From: Clostridiales bacterium
GTDB taxonomy: Bacteria; Bacillota; Clostridia; TANB77; SIG350
Direction of reading: 5' to 3'
Assembly (NCBI GenBank): GCA_015056545.1
Contig: SVGE01000001.1
Coordinates: 9,129 to 73,128, forward strand
Length of the DNA stretch: 64,000 bases
Numbering within the stretch: position 1 is the stretch's first letter; the number at the start of each line of letters is the position of its first letter. The notes below the pieces were generated by a model that saw only the letters and a list, made by a program, of their open reading frames with translations, ran no database searches and was not told the origin of the DNA. Shown in pieces: positions 50,334 through 60,514 of the stretch. The position numbers were made by a program, and so were the translations under genes.

Positions 50334-51206
50334 TTACTGTTCACCTATAATGTTATCTATAGTTTCCTTCATATGATTTGCTGCTGTAAATGGAGCAACT
50401 TTTCCTGGAAGTGATAAACCAAGAATTGTTTTAATTTGTTTTTCTTTTGCATAATCTAAATCAATACCACCTGGTTTTGATGCTAAATCAATAAATATTG
50501 CATCTTCATGCATTTTATCTATTTTATTCTTATCAAAAACTATATATGGTATAGTATTAATAAACAAATTAAACTTAGGTATGTTTTCTTCTAAATCATT
50601 TAATAGAATTGGTGTATAGCCATATGCTTTTATCCATGCTAAATCTGAAAATTTTCTAGCTTCACAATATACTTTAGCACCTATTCCATCTAACATTTTA
50701 CATAGTATTTTACCTATTCTACCAAAACCTAATACTAAAACTTCAGAATTATGTAAAGTACAATTTGTATGTTCCATGGCAATTTGAAGAGCACCTTCTG
50801 ATGTTGAAATTGCATTTAAAACTGCAAATTCTTCTCTTGATAAAATATCTATATATCTTACACTATTTTCATGAAACATTTCTTGAAGTTTAGCATCAAC
50901 TCTACCACATATTAATAATTGATTAGGTTTTGTTTCAATTAAAATATCATTTATATTAATTGTATTAGCACTAAATGGTGCATTTAAAGTTTCATAATTA
51001 CTTGTAAATGGTACAGGTCCAATTAAAATATCTGAATCAGATATAACATCAGATAACTCTTTACAAATAGTTATATTTTCCATTGATTCAAAATTGTATT
51101 TTTCAAATCCAAAAACTCTTATGTTATATTCTTCATTTGCATACATTTGTATTAAATGGACTATTCTCATATCCCCACCAATAAAACCTATATTAGTTAT
51201 TTTCAT
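50334..51206 (-). CDS. dpaA: Dipicolinate synthase subunit A (SpoVFA/DpaA)-like
   Basis: IGFIGGDMR…, EVLVLGFGRIGKILCKMLDGIGAKV…, …IDLASKPGGIDLDYAKEKQIKTILGLSLPGKVAP… parallel B. subtilis SpoVFA segment by segment. Confidence 0.7.
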   Translation of the reverse strand: MKITNIGFIGGDMRIVHLIQMYANEEYNIRVFGFEKYNFESMENITICKELSDVISDSDILIGPVPFTSNYETLNAPFSANTININDILIETKPNQLLICGRVDAKLQEMFHENSVRYIDILSREEFAVLNAISTSEGALQIAMEHTNCTLHNSEVLVLGFGRIGKILCKMLDGIGAKVYCEARKFSDLAWIKAYGYTPILLNDLEENIPKFNLFINTIPYIVFDKNKIDKMHEDAIFIDLASKPGGIDLDYAKEKQIKTILGLSLPGKVAPFTAANHMKETIDNIIGEQ

Positions 51207-51268
51207 AAAATCATCTCCTATATAATATTATTAGATTTTAATTGTAATATTACATAATTTAAACTAAC

Positions 51269-52408
51269 TTAAGAATTTTCTATTTTATTTGCTATATCTT
51301 GATTTAAAAATTCTTCTTCTGTACTTTCATCTATTTCTAGTTTAGTTGAAGTTCCATTTGTCATTTCATTTAACATATTTAATCCAATTATAAAGTCTTT
51401 TATATTAGAAAAAATTGGCTCATTTATTGCTTTTTCAGCATAAGAGCTATCCTTATCTATTGCTAATTTTAAACAACTAACAATTTTTCCTTCTTCACAT
51501 TTTAATGAATAAAGCTTTGCTAATGAGTAATATGCTTTTGCATATAAAGCCTCACTATTAGTTGCTCTAAATAGATATTTTTCTGCTTCATCTAAATTTT
51601 TATCAATTAAATATAATTGTCCTAAACCTAAATATGCATCATGTAATTGAGAATTAAGTTTTATAGCTTTTTTATAACATTCTTGTGCTTTTATATATTT
51701 ACCTAAATTTGTATATATTACTGCCATATTATAATAAATTTCATAATTATCATCTCTATATTTTAATGCATCTTCATATACTCTTAATGCATCTTCATAG
51801 TTTTCTTGTTCACACAAAATAATTGCTAATAAATTTGAAATAGGTAAATAATCTGGTTTAATTCTAAGGCCACTATTAAGAACTGTTATAGCTTCTTTTT
51901 TCTTATTTAATTCTTCATAAATATATCCCAATTGATAATAAATTTTATAATCATCTTTTTTAATTTCAACTGAACTAGCAAATGCATCAAATGCATTTCT
52001 TAAATCATTTAATTTTAAATATGTAAATCCTAATCTTTTATATCCCTTATAGCTTTCATTATAACTATCAATTGCATATTGATAATCTTTTTTTGCTAAA
52101 TCATATTTTTTTAGCAAAAAGTTTATATCACCTATTAACAAATAATATGTTTCTTTTATATTTATATCAAAGTATTTTATTAAAATATATACTACTGGCA
52201 ATAGTATTCCAAATATAAATACAAATGATTGCATAAATAAATTTAATTGATTATCATTTATATATGCTAAACATAATATTGTAAGTGATATAGTTTGTGT
52301 TAATATATTTAAAAGTCTAATATTCTTACCATATTTTACAAATAATCTTATACTGTATATTAAAAATGTAAAAATTGATATTATATAAAATATTTTTTCA
52401 AAAATCAT
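51269..52408 (-). CDS. Membrane-anchored tetratricopeptide (TPR) repeat protein
   Basis: Three N-terminal TM helices, then about 8 TPR-like repeats (AxxxYxxAL, YYxLGxxY patterns). Confidence 0.6.
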   Translation of the reverse strand: MIFEKIFYIISIFTFLIYSIRLFVKYGKNIRLLNILTQTISLTILCLAYINDNQLNLFMQSFVFIFGILLPVVYILIKYFDINIKETYYLLIGDINFLLKKYDLAKKDYQYAIDSYNESYKGYKRLGFTYLKLNDLRNAFDAFASSVEIKKDDYKIYYQLGYIYEELNKKKEAITVLNSGLRIKPDYLPISNLLAIILCEQENYEDALRVYEDALKYRDDNYEIYYNMAVIYTNLGKYIKAQECYKKAIKLNSQLHDAYLGLGQLYLIDKNLDEAEKYLFRATNSEALYAKAYYSLAKLYSLKCEEGKIVSCLKLAIDKDSSYAEKAINEPIFSNIKDFIIGLNMLNEMTNGTSTKLEIDESTEEEFLNQDIANKIENS

Positions 52409-52430
52409 TTCTCCGTCCCCTATCTTTTAA

Positions 52431-52964
52431 TTAATTTTGTCCAAATTTTTTCTCATAAGCTTCTAAGCAATTTTCAATTATTTTAATTGCTTCTTCTCTT
52501 CCACAAATTTCTTTTACTGCTGTATGTTTATCTTCTAAGAATTTATATACTTCAAAGAAATGTGCAATTTCATTAAATAAATGTGATGGTAATTCATGTA
52601 TATCATTATAATCACTTAATGATGGATCTTTTATTGGAATAGCAATAATTTTTTCATCAACATCACCATTATCTATCATTTTAATAACACCTATTGGAAA
52701 ACATTTTACTAATGTCATTGGATCAATACATTCTTGACATAATACCAATACATCTAATGGATCATTATCTTCTGCATATGTAAGTGGTATAAAACCATAA
52801 TTTGCAGGATAATGTGTTGATGTATATAATACTCTATCAAGTATAAGCATACCTGTTTGCTTGTCTAATTCATATTTATTTTTACTTCCTTTTGTAATTT
52901 CAATAACAGCCATAAATGATTCAGGCTTTATTCTTTCTTTATCTATATCATGCCAAATATTCAT
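52431..52964 (-). CDS. ppa: Inorganic pyrophosphatase (family I)
   Basis: …YPANYGFIP…DNDPLDVLVL… ; 177 aa. Confidence 0.85.
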   Translation of the reverse strand: MNIWHDIDKERIKPESFMAVIEITKGSKNKYELDKQTGMLILDRVLYTSTHYPANYGFIPLTYAEDNDPLDVLVLCQECIDPMTLVKCFPIGVIKMIDNGDVDEKIIAIPIKDPSLSDYNDIHELPSHLFNEIAHFFEVYKFLEDKHTAVKEICGREEAIKIIENCLEAYEKKFGQN

Positions 52965-53127
52965 TTTTATCTCCTTTTTTTATAAAATCTTTTGTAAAAA
53001 ACATTTCTTTTTTAACAAAAATATTTTATATTATATAGTTTAAAAAGTCAATAAAATATGTATAGAAAAAGGCATAGAAATTCAACTTTTCTATACCTTT
53101 ATTTAAAGCTAATTTTTTCTTAATATA

Positions 53128-54330
53128 TTATTTAATATTATCTATATTATTTAATAATCCTTCTAAATTTGTATACTGAGAAATTGTATATCTTTTTAAA
53201 CATTTTAAACTGTCTAAACTCCCTGTATATACATTATTTATACCCTCATCAGTTATTAAACTTACCTTTATATTTAGTTTATCTAAAGTATCTTGTGTAG
53301 AATTTGTATATTCACCGTAAGGATATGCTAAAGCATAAACTTCAGTATTTAAATATAGTTTTAAATTTTGTATTGCTATTAATGTATCATTATAAAATGG
53401 TCCATTTTCTTTTTCTATTACATGCATATCATATGTATGTGGTTGCACTTCAATTAAGCCTGAATTTATCATTTCTTTAGCTTGTAAATAATTAAAATGT
53501 GGATAATCTATTGCTTGATATTCCATATATTTTACTACTGGGAAAATACATGCTTTTACATTATATTTTTTTAAAATTTGAAATGCATATGCATAATTAC
53601 TAAAATACCCATCATCCATTGTGATAACAATAGGTTTATTAGGTAATTTAGTTCCATCTTCAACATAATTAATTAAATCTAAAAAGGAAATTGGTGTATA
53701 TCCCATATTTAAAATTGTTAATATATCATTTTCAAACTTTTGTGGTGTAATTATCATATCATTTGTTCCATCAGCATCATACTCAAAATGATGATACATT
53801 AAAATAGGTACTTTGTAACTTTCATCTATATATGAATTTAATGTATTAATATTTATATCCATTGTTATATTATCATAAATAACTCCGCAGTCAATAATTT
53901 TTAAAACATCTCTTAATTTAAAATAGTTATATCCATCTATTAAATATGTTTCAAACTCTTTTTTTACATTATCAACATATATTGAAGATTTTGTATATGT
54001 AGCATTTTTATCTTCTTTATATATATTCAAATTTTGCATTTCATTTCCTAATGGAATATAATTTTTATTTGTAATAATATCTATTCTATCTAACTTTTCA
54101 TTCCATTCTACATTAAATGCTTTTTTATTTTTATTAAACACATAAGCTAAATCTCTTAACTTAAAATAGTTATATCCATCTATTAAATATGTTTCAAAAT
54201 ACATTTGAACAGAATCTAAAAATATTTTAGATTCTGTAGGTTTTACTGTTTTCGTATTTGCAAAACATAAATTAGTATAGAAAATCAATAATATCATTAT
54301 TAAAACAATTGTTTTTATAATTTTTTTCAT
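53128..54330 (-). CDS. Secreted polysaccharide deacetylase (NodB) with two N-terminal copper-amine-oxidase-N-like 'stalk' repeats
   Basis: Signal peptide; duplicated …FETYLIDGYNYFKLRD… module; NodB motifs VITMDDGY and later His motifs. Confidence 0.6.
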   Translation of the reverse strand: MKKIIKTIVLIMILLIFYTNLCFANTKTVKPTESKIFLDSVQMYFETYLIDGYNYFKLRDLAYVFNKNKKAFNVEWNEKLDRIDIITNKNYIPLGNEMQNLNIYKEDKNATYTKSSIYVDNVKKEFETYLIDGYNYFKLRDVLKIIDCGVIYDNITMDININTLNSYIDESYKVPILMYHHFEYDADGTNDMIITPQKFENDILTILNMGYTPISFLDLINYVEDGTKLPNKPIVITMDDGYFSNYAYAFQILKKYNVKACIFPVVKYMEYQAIDYPHFNYLQAKEMINSGLIEVQPHTYDMHVIEKENGPFYNDTLIAIQNLKLYLNTEVYALAYPYGEYTNSTQDTLDKLNIKVSLITDEGINNVYTGSLDSLKCLKRYTISQYTNLEGLLNNIDNIK

Positions 54331-54351
54331 TTTTCCTCCAACAAAAGTATA

Positions 54352-56289
54352 TTAATGAATTTCAGTTCCTGCTTGAAGCTCACCATCAATTGTTAATAAT
54401 CTAACATCTTCTTCCCCTGCTGCAATTAACATTCCATTTGATTCAATTCCTCTTAATTTAACTGGTTTTAAGTTTGTAACAACAACTACTAATTTACCTG
54501 TTAAATTTTCTTCATTATACCATTTAGCAATACCAGAAACTATTGTTCTTGGATTTTCTTCACCTAAATCTACTTCTAATTTTAATAATTTATCTGCTTT
54601 TTCAACTTTTTCAACTTTTAATACTTTACCTAATTTTAATTCAACTTTATCAAATTCATCAATTGAAATTAAATTAGTTTTTTCTTCTTTAACTTCATTT
54701 TCCTTATTAGCTTCTTCAATTTGTTTTTCCATATCTTGTTTTATTTCTTCCATTAATTTTTCCTCCTCAATTCTTACAAATAATGGTTCAGCTCTTCCTA
54801 CTTCAATATTTATGTCTTTACCAAATTCTCTTATACTTTCTAGTGTTTTTTCTTGAGAATTTATTTGGTTAAATATTTTTTCAGAAGTTTGTGGCATAAA
54901 TGCTGATAACAATACAGCTATAAATCTAATACTTTCAATTAAATTAAATAAAACTGTTTTTAATCTATCTTGTTTTTCTTCATCCTTTGCTAGTGCCCAT
55001 GGCATTGTTTCATCAATATATTTATTACATCTTCTTGCAAATGTAAATATTTCAGATACAGCATCAGCTACTCTTATTTCATTCATATATTTTTCAACAT
55101 TATCCACCATAGATAAAGCATTATTAATTAAGTCTTTATCTATTTCTTCTGTAATATCCGGATTAGTAAATTTTCCATCAAAATACTTATTAGCCATAGC
55201 TACAGTTCTATTAACTAAATTTCCTAATGTATTTGCAAGTTCTGAGTTATATTTTGTAATTATATTATCATAAGTAATATTTCCATCTTGTGCAAAAGAC
55301 ATTTCAGATAAACAATAAAATCTTGTTGCATCAACACCAAATTTTTTAGCTAAATAATCTGCATATATAACATTTCCTTTTGATTTACTCATCTTATCTT
55401 CTCCAAACAAGAACCAACCATGTGCATATATGTGTTTAGGTAATTCTTCACCTAAAGCCATAAGCATAATTGGCCAATATATCATATGAAATCTTAATAT
55501 ATCTTTTCCAATTACATGTAAATCTGCTGGCCAATATTTTAAGTAATTATTTTCTTTACTATCTTCTTTATATCCTAATGCAGTTATATAATTTGAAAGA
55601 GCATCAATCCAAACATAAACAACATGTTTATTATCAAAAGATACTGGAACACCCCAGTTAAAAGATGTTCTAGATACACATAAATCTTGAAGACCTGGTT
55701 TTAAAAAATTATTAACAATTTCTTTTTTTCTTGACTCAGGGAAAACAAAATCAGGATTATCTTCTATATGTTTCATTAATCTATCTTGATATTTACTCAT
55801 TTTAAAGAAGTATGCTTCTTCTCTTGCTTGAGTTACTTCTCTACCACAATCAGGACATTTACCATCAACTAATTGTGTTTCAGTAAAAAATGATTCACAT
55901 GGTGTACAATATGCACCTTCATAATATCCTTTATATATATCTCCTTGTTCATATAATCTTTTAAATATTTTTTGAACTGTTTCTTCATGATAATCATCAG
56001 TTGTTCTAATAAATTTATCATAACTTGTATCCATCAAGTTCCATATTCCTTTAATCTCATCAGCAACTTTATCTACATATTCTTTTGGCTGAATTTTAGA
56101 ATTTTCTGCTAATTGTTGTATTTTTTCACCATGTTCATCTGTACCAGTTAAAAAATATACATCATATCCTTGAAGTCTTTTAAATCTTGCAATTGCATCA
56201 GTTAATATTATTTCATAAGTATTTCCTATATGTGGTTTTCTTGATGCATATGCAATTGCTGTTGTAATATAATATTTTGGTTTTTCCAT
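54352..56289 (-). CDS. metG: Methionine--tRNA ligase with a C-terminal tRNA-binding (EMAP/Trbp111-like) domain
   Basis: HIGN (HIGH), four Cys knuckle (CxxC…CxxC), KMSKS, long C-terminal extension. Confidence 0.9.
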   Translation of the reverse strand: MEKPKYYITTAIAYASRKPHIGNTYEIILTDAIARFKRLQGYDVYFLTGTDEHGEKIQQLAENSKIQPKEYVDKVADEIKGIWNLMDTSYDKFIRTTDDYHEETVQKIFKRLYEQGDIYKGYYEGAYCTPCESFFTETQLVDGKCPDCGREVTQAREEAYFFKMSKYQDRLMKHIEDNPDFVFPESRKKEIVNNFLKPGLQDLCVSRTSFNWGVPVSFDNKHVVYVWIDALSNYITALGYKEDSKENNYLKYWPADLHVIGKDILRFHMIYWPIMLMALGEELPKHIYAHGWFLFGEDKMSKSKGNVIYADYLAKKFGVDATRFYCLSEMSFAQDGNITYDNIITKYNSELANTLGNLVNRTVAMANKYFDGKFTNPDITEEIDKDLINNALSMVDNVEKYMNEIRVADAVSEIFTFARRCNKYIDETMPWALAKDEEKQDRLKTVLFNLIESIRFIAVLLSAFMPQTSEKIFNQINSQEKTLESIREFGKDINIEVGRAEPLFVRIEEEKLMEEIKQDMEKQIEEANKENEVKEEKTNLISIDEFDKVELKLGKVLKVEKVEKADKLLKLEVDLGEENPRTIVSGIAKWYNEENLTGKLVVVVTNLKPVKLRGIESNGMLIAAGEEDVRLLTIDGELQAGTEIH

Positions 56290-56291
56290 AA

Positions 56292-56675
56292 CTAATTCTC
56301 CTTCCAGTTAACTACTACACTTGCAATAGCAGTTTCTTTTATGTGTGATAAACTTATATCTATATTTTCAATTTTCTCTAAATATTTAGCAAGCTGACCA
56401 TCTAATCTTATAATTGGTCTTTTATTTTGTTTATTTAATGTTTCAATATCTCTCCAACTTATATTAGTAACATCTTCAATATCTAATGCCTTAAATACTG
56501 CTTCTTTTGCTGCAAATCTTACAGCATATTTTTCATATTTATGCATATTAGATTTGTTACAATAATTAATTTCATTTTGTGTAAATATTTTTTTAAGAAA
56601 AACATCCCCATGTTCTCTAATCATTTCTTCAATTCTATTTACTTCAATTATATCAATTCCTGTTGTTATTTTCAT
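56292..56675 (-). CDS. acpS: Holo-[acyl-carrier-protein] synthase
   Basis: MKITTGIDIIEVNRIEEMI… ; 127 aa. Confidence 0.85.
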   Translation of the reverse strand: MKITTGIDIIEVNRIEEMIREHGDVFLKKIFTQNEINYCNKSNMHKYEKYAVRFAAKEAVFKALDIEDVTNISWRDIETLNKQNKRPIIRLDGQLAKYLEKIENIDISLSHIKETAIASVVVNWKEN

Positions 56676-56687
56676 AAATTCCTCTTT

Positions 56688-57935
56688 CTATTTTATATAA
56701 CCTAATAAAATTAAATAAATACATAATTGAATAAATATACTTAGAAGTAACAACAAATCCTTTTTTCTATTATTTTTCTGTGACATCCATCTAGTATATT
56801 CTTGATCTAATTCATCATATAATTCATTTAATTCAAAAGCTTTCTCCCAATTTTTCCATAATGCCATACCATGTTCTGAATTACTAATTTGGGTAAATCT
56901 ATTATATATTAATTCCTGGCTTATCTTATTAAGTAATTTTGTTGTATTTTGTGTATTAGGTGATGTTAATTCTGTATTTAACATTATTAAAGCTATTCTT
57001 TCATAAAACGCAAGTAACATTATATAAAATGATACTTTTTCGTAATGAATAGGTAATTTTGTAAAATTAAAATGATCTGTTGCACTACAAAATACTACTC
57101 CACCTAATTTAGTAAAACCATATTTAGAATATTTCCATTTAGAATAAATAACATCTTGTTTTTCTTTTTCAGATAATTCAATTTCAGAATCATAATCACC
57201 TGAAAATTGGAAAACATATTTGTAGAAATTATCTTTTATATCTTCAAATGAGTTTTCACTGTTCCAGTCTGTTTCATCAATACATGCATAACCATATGCA
57301 AACATTTTGTCTGAATATATATCATCATTATTTAAAGAAATATAACCAGATGTAATGCTTTCAATAAATTCAGAAATATATGATAGATTTTCAAACTGAC
57401 TACTTTGTATATATATATTATCTTTTCCCTTAAATTGAGCATATGAAGAACTTAATTCTTTAAATTTATGGTTAAAATTAAGTAAATCTCTAAAAGATAT
57501 ATAATCATCATCTGTAATTACTGTTTTAAAACTTAAAAAACAAATTCCAGAATTAAAACAAATAATTTTTATTTCTTTTATTTCAAAAAATATTTGATTA
57601 TTACTATCTATTTTCCCTTGTACAGTATGAAAATCGTTTATATCATAAACAAACTCAACTGCACTTTGTTTAGCAAGCTCTTTTGCTAAAGCTTTTCCTT
57701 TTAAATTTTTAATTTTATCTTTGTATTTATCTGTCCAATAAAATGAAGGAAACATTACTTCTTTTGCACCTGTTAAAAAATGAGTAAAAATTTCCATATC
57801 AGTTATTTTATCGAAAATTCTTAAATTCCATTTCTTATCTTTTACAAACTTACATAAAAACTTTTCATATTTTTCATCATCAATAACAAAAGGATTTAAA
57901 AAATATGTATAATGATATTTTGTTTTTATATCCAT
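56688..57935 (-). CDS. Hypothetical protein (415 aa) with a C-terminal TM anchor
   Basis: Long ORF co-directional with acpS/metG; no motifs. Confidence 0.35.
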   Translation of the reverse strand: MDIKTKYHYTYFLNPFVIDDEKYEKFLCKFVKDKKWNLRIFDKITDMEIFTHFLTGAKEVMFPSFYWTDKYKDKIKNLKGKALAKELAKQSAVEFVYDINDFHTVQGKIDSNNQIFFEIKEIKIICFNSGICFLSFKTVITDDDYISFRDLLNFNHKFKELSSSYAQFKGKDNIYIQSSQFENLSYISEFIESITSGYISLNNDDIYSDKMFAYGYACIDETDWNSENSFEDIKDNFYKYVFQFSGDYDSEIELSEKEKQDVIYSKWKYSKYGFTKLGGVVFCSATDHFNFTKLPIHYEKVSFYIMLLAFYERIALIMLNTELTSPNTQNTTKLLNKISQELIYNRFTQISNSEHGMALWKNWEKAFELNELYDELDQEYTRWMSQKNNRKKDLLLLLSIFIQLCIYLILLGYIK

Positions 57936-58038
57936 CTATTTCACCTCGCCTAATATTTTATCATTAATACCCCATCTTGTCTACATAAAAATGTAATAAT
58001 TTTTGTAGAATTTTGAAAGAATTTTACGATGAAAAATG

Positions 58039-58068
58039 TTTGATATTGGTATATTCTGGTAATATATA
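58039..58068 (+). promoter_or_regulatory. Candidate sigma-A promoter (TTGATA-17 bp-TATATA) driving a 140-nt mini-transcript
   Basis: ttgatattggtatattctggtaatatata: -35 and -10 hexamers with 17-bp spacing, read directly. Confidence 0.3.
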
Positions 58069-58108
58069 TATGTATCCTTTTCAGGATGGAAAGGTGGTGA
58101 TTTCTATA

Positions 58109-58168
58109 ATGGAGTCAATAACGATATTTATGGTCCTTTTGTTACTTCTTGTTGTTTCAGTTAAGTGA
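58109..58168 (+). CDS. Tiny hydrophobic ORF (19 aa, MESITIFMVLLLLLVVSVK)
   Basis: RBS ggaaaggtggtga upstream; the terminator at 58189-58218 follows it. Confidence 0.25.
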   Translation: MESITIFMVLLLLLVVSVK

Positions 58169-58188
58169 AAGGGATACATAAGAAAATG

Positions 58189-58218
58189 AAAAAGGAGTAG
58201 CTACCACTACTCCTTTTT
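58189..58218 (+). terminator. Rho-independent terminator (aaggagtag-ctaccac-tactcctt plus TTTTT)
   Basis: Perfect hairpin and T-run, seen directly. Confidence 0.6.
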
Positions 58219-58360
58219 CGCGATTTCTTCTAATGGAATCATTTTGATGTATATCATCATTATATATATTATATTACCATATTTTAGTAATGTCAAGTAA
58301 ATTAAAATAATTTTCTTGATAATAAATTTTAAATATGTTAATATATTTCTAGGTGATTAC

Positions 58361-58870
58361 ATGAAAATTAATATTGAAGAGAAATTTAATAAATTTAATA
58401 AATATATGTTAAATACAAAAATATTTAAAATTCCATTATTAAATAAAATATATACTACATTTATGAATAAAGAAGTTATTCTTTATCTTATTTTTGGTGT
58501 ATTAACAACATTAATTAATTTTATATGTTTTTTTATTCTATCTGAATATATATTTACATCATTAAATCAAAATACAAATATATCTTTATCTAATTTAATA
58601 GCATTTATAATTGCAGTATTATTTGCATTTATTACAAATAAATTAATTGTATTTGGAAGCAATGATAAAAACACCAAAAAAACAATTAAAGAGTTACTAT
58701 CATTCATATGTGCACGTATATTTACTTTTTTAATCTCAACAGGTGGAATATTATTAACTGTAAATATTTTATTTATACATAAATATATTTCAAAAATTAT
58801 ATTTAACATTATTGAGATTGTTTTAAATTATTTATTTAGTAAATTATTAATATTTAGAAAAAAAGCATAA
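58361..58870 (+). CDS. GtrA-family polysaccharide-synthesis membrane protein
   Basis: 4-TM profile, …VILYLIFGVLTTLINFICFFIL… and …KLIVFG… typical of GtrA; start chosen at MKINIEEKF with RBS aggtga. Confidence 0.55.
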   Translation: MKINIEEKFNKFNKYMLNTKIFKIPLLNKIYTTFMNKEVILYLIFGVLTTLINFICFFILSEYIFTSLNQNTNISLSNLIAFIIAVLFAFITNKLIVFGSNDKNTKKTIKELLSFICARIFTFLISTGGILLTVNILFIHKYISKIIFNIIEIVLNYLFSKLLIFRKKA

Positions 58871-58923
58871 AATAAAAAGGTATATAATCTTGTTATAGAT
58901 TGTATACCTTTTTTAATTTTGTA

Positions 58924-59295
58924 TTAATTATTTTTTTCAGTTTCTCTTGCTTGTGAAAGAAAATCAACAAAAGTAGGACAAAAATCAATATAATGTGAAC
59001 ATGATAATACTTTTAATGTTGTAATAAAACTTGCTGGAAATAATACACTTATAATTATAGAAAGTAAAATAGAAATAATCATTCCAATAAAAGGTTCAAA
59101 CATTACTTTTCTCTCTAATTTTGAATATTTCTTTTTTCGTTCCCAAACTGTTATAATTATAATTGCAGATATTCCTATTGAAAAAATCACATACATAAAT
59201 ATAAATGCATTATCAGGATTATCCACTAGTTGGCTAAGGCTATTAATTATTATCCAAAATACACTTCCACATAGAATTCCTATACCCTTTTTCAA
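58924..59295 (-). CDS. Small membrane protein (123 aa)
   Basis: 3-4 TM; no motifs. Confidence 0.3.
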   Translation of the reverse strand: MKKGIGILCGSVFWIIINSLSQLVDNPDNAFIFMYVIFSIGISAIIIITVWERKKKYSKLERKVMFEPFIGMIISILLSIIISVLFPASFITTLKVLSCSHYIDFCPTFVDFLSQARETEKNN

Positions 59296-59469
59296 ACTAT
59301 AACCCCCATTTATTTGAAATAATGCTTATAATTTGTAACTGCAAAAAGTATTATAATTCCTATTACAATAATATACTTCAATCATATACATCTCCTCTAA
59401 ATAAAAAATTTATTAAGATTAAAAAAATATTTTTTACTTTTAAATTATATCAAAAAAATTAACAAATGT

Positions 59470-59507
59470 CAAAAGACTACAAGAAGCAATAGCTTCTTGC
59501 AGTCTTT
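59470..59507 (-). terminator. Terminator of the second sigma gene (aagactacaagaagc / gcttcttgcagtctt)
   Basis: 15-bp stem (one G·U pair) followed by a U-run on the minus strand. Confidence 0.55.
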
Positions 59508-59509
59508 TC

Positions 59510-60373
59510 TTATGCGAAATCTCTTAATATATTTGCCCTTACAGGAACTCTTAATTTTCTAAGAGCTTTCGCTTCAATTTGACGAATGCGTTCACGGGTT
59601 ACATCCATCATTCCACCCACTTCTTCGAGAGTTCTAATTCGACCATCTTCAAGACCGAAACGAAGTGTTAATACCTTTGCTTCACGAGGAGTTATAGTTT
59701 CAAGTACCTGTCTAAGTTTCTCTCCCATAATATGTGCTTCACCAACTTCATGAGGAGTAGGAGAAGTTATATCTTCAATAAATTCTCCCAGAGGCGTATC
59801 TTCATCTTCGCCTGTTTTTACATCAAGTGAAATTACTTCCTCTCCTGCTTTCTGAATCTCATTGAGTTTATCAAGAGATATATGCATTTCTCTTGCAAGC
59901 TCTTCATTAGAAGGCTCTCGACCTAACTCCTGAAGCATTTCTCTACTAATACGGTAAGCCTTATTAATAAGCTCAACCATATGTACAGGTACTCTTATAG
60001 TGCGTCCCTGGTCTGCAAATGCACGTGTTATCGTCTGTCTTATCCACCATGTAGCATAAGTGCTAAATTTGAAACCTTTACGGTAATCGAATTTTTCAAC
60101 TGCCTTAATAAGTCCCAAATTACCTTCCTGGATCAAATCCAGAAGCGGTATACCGAAAACACCACCTTTTTGATAGTATCTCGTTGCTATTTTAACCACA
60201 TATCTAAGATTAGAATTTACAATTTTTTGTTTAGCCTCCTCACTACCCTCTTCGTAAGCTATAAAGAGTTCAACCTCCTCTTCAGCCGTTAAAAGTGGAT
60301 ACTTGCCTATCTCTTTAAGATATTCCCGCATAATATCTGTATCACTAAAGAGATAACTATATTCGTCCATCAT
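59510..60373 (-). CDS. Second SigA-like (group 1/2) sigma-70 factor, 287 aa, lacking region 1.1 and the non-conserved spacer; atypically GC-rich
   Basis: Regions 1.2-4.2 are almost identical in motif to the adjacent rpoD (…[35 protein letters not shown]…, …RTLEEVG…[18 protein letters not shown]…). By hand count GC is 47-48% against 35-37% in rpoD, and Arg codons are CGT/CGC instead of AGA. Confidence 0.75.
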   Translation of the reverse strand: MMDEYSYLFSDTDIMREYLKEIGKYPLLTAEEEVELFIAYEEGSEEAKQKIVNSNLRYVVKIATRYYQKGGVFGIPLLDLIQEGNLGLIKAVEKFDYRKGFKFSTYATWWIRQTITRAFADQGRTIRVPVHMVELINKAYRISREMLQELGREPSNEELAREMHISLDKLNEIQKAGEEVISLDVKTGEDEDTPLGEFIEDITSPTPHEVGEAHIMGEKLRQVLETITPREAKVLTLRFGLEDGRIRTLEEVGGMMDVTRERIRQIEAKALRKLRVPVRANILRDFA

Positions 60374-60460
60374 TTCAATAATCCTCCTTTAAAAAATTTT
60401 TAAATGGACAAAGGACAAAAATATCCTTCAATTAATTATATCAAAATTTAACATAAAAGT

Positions 60461-60498
60461 CAAAAAAGCTATAAAATCGAAATGAATTTATAGCTTTT
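60461..60498 (-). terminator. Terminator after rpoD (aaagctataaa / tttatagcttt)
   Basis: Hairpin plus U-run on the minus strand, between rpoD and the second sigma gene. Confidence 0.5.
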
Positions 60499-60514
60499 AT
60501 TATATATTTTTTTA

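Noticed and set aside
59310-59392. 19-aa minus-strand ORF in the gap before the second sigma gene
   Set aside because: The RBS-like gaggag abuts the ATG with essentially no spacer, and there is no terminator or promoter context
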